From IMG/VR virus record IMGVR_UViG_3300032212_000087, positions 1 through 36,214 of that record: a stretch of DNA of 36,214 nt. One strand, 5' to 3'. This stretch comes from a virus (Duplodnaviria; Caudoviricetes). The first letter of the stretch is position 1. Each line of letters begins with the position of its first letter. The position numbers and the translations under genes were made by a program. The notes beneath the pieces are model-generated. The model was not told the origin of the DNA and made no database searches. It worked only from the letters and a program-made list of their open reading frames with translations. Positions 35,424 through 36,214 of the stretch are shown piece by piece.

Positions 35424-35726
35424 ATGACTCAAAGAACCCTTAAACAAAATGATGCAATACATAAATATTTTGACTTGCTAGCGGAGGCTTTAAGTGATGC
35501 AGGGTTTGACGTGAGAAAAACATTAAGACATGACATAGACATACCCTGGGATGGGGAGTTAATAAAAAAACTAATCTGGAAGACAGTACAAGAAACAATG
35601 ACAGATAAAAAATCAACGTCCAAGCTAGACACAAAAGAAGTGAGCGAGATTTACGAAGTTATTAATCGACACACCGCTTCTAAATTTGGCGTATCTGTTC
35701 CATTTCCATCAAGGGAGGCTTTATGA
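35424..35726 (+). CDS. NinB-like recombination protein
   Basis: RTLKQN..IH and STSKL..KE...YE motifs. Confidence 0.6.
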   Translation: MTQRTLKQNDAIHKYFDLLAEALSDAGFDVRKTLRHDIDIPWDGELIKKLIWKTVQETMTDKKSTSKLDTKEVSEIYEVINRHTASKFGVSVPFPSREAL

Positions 35727-35938
35727 AATATACCCAATCAAGAATTATCGAAACAGAGTCAAACTATAACTATGAAATATTATTTAATGGCAAAGCACAC
35801 ACAACCGTTTCAAGCTCAAAGGAGTTTATAACGAAAGAAGGGCTACAGAAGAAAATAGATAAAACATTAAAACGGTTAAATGTTAGCGAAAGAAGCTGGC
35901 AGGAAAATAGTTTAAGAATTACAGGAGAATCAAAATGA
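35723..35938 (+). CDS. Hypothetical protein
   Basis: GGAGG RBS; ATGA-coupled. Confidence 0.6.
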   Translation: MKYTQSRIIETESNYNYEILFNGKAHTTVSSSKEFITKEGLQKKIDKTLKRLNVSERSWQENSLRITGESK

Positions 35939-36075
35939 AAGCTAATTGTTATTATCCATGTAATCTAAATGAATATGAAACCTCAATTTGGCTAAGCGGA
36001 GCATTTACCACGTTTGGATTATGCGTTGCGGTATTTGTTGTTGTTGCCTTGCTATGGGTTACGCGTGAAAAGTAA
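35935..36075 (+). CDS. Small membrane protein (46 aa)
   Basis: AGGAG RBS; hydrophobic C-terminal half; not in the ORF track. Confidence 0.5.
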   Translation: MKANCYYPCNLNEYETSIWLSGAFTTFGLCVAVFVVVALLWVTREK

Positions 36076-36087
36076 AGCAAACAAAAA

Positions 36088-36214
36088 AATAAGAGATTCA
36101 GCAAGGGGTGAGCCTTGCCAATTTAGGATTCCACATGTATGTAATTTTGATCCTGCTACAACAGTGTTATGCCACATGGGCGGCGCAGGGTGGGGAATGA
36201 AGAGTAATGATATT
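36088..36214 (+). repeat. 127-bp direct terminal repeat, right copy
   Basis: Identical to 1-127. Confidence 0.97.

Larger units (their letters stand above)
1..36214. mobile_element. Complete circular temperate phage genome (lambdoid regulation, podovirus-type virion)
   Basis: Integrase and attP, immunity region, replication, packaging, capsid, short-tail and lysis modules are all present. No tape-measure or sheath gene is seen. The ends overlap. Confidence 0.93.

Noticed and set aside
513-35634. Many antisense or nested ORFs in the track (e.g. 1100..1465, 2996..3202, 18710..18994, 32224..32502, 34322..34708)
   Set aside because: They lie opposite or inside well-supported genes, with no RBS or recognisable motifs.

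Overview
This window is an apparently complete, circular temperate phage genome of about 36,087 bp; positions 1-127 recur at 36088-36214 as an assembly overlap. It is AT-rich, and a tRNA-Val fragment plus sigma70/IHF signals suggest a gammaproteobacterial host. Regulation is lambdoid: int/attP/xis, a left early operon (ERF, YqaJ, SSB-like), cI-cro-cII with recognisable operators and a CII box, initiator plus DnaB, a nin-like region, a Q-like gene and pR'/tR'. Virion genes are podovirus-like: TerS/TerL, P22-like portal, scaffold, capsid, adaptor, S74-chaperone fibre, nozzle and ejection proteins. A lysis cassette follows. The most notable features are: (1) an attP carrying the 5' half of tRNA-Val(UAC) with its own stable-RNA-type promoter; (2) an adjacent ~300-nt structured RNA candidate; (3) a minus-strand accessory cassette with a signal-peptide PD-(D/E)XK-like protein, an HTH protein and several unannotated hydrophobic micro-peptides; (4) five apparently leaderless genes; (5) exported or beta-helix cargo in the late-operon slot where lysis genes normally sit; (6) an HslV-like peptidase paired with an exonuclease. 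All calls are by-eye motif recognition; no database searches were run.
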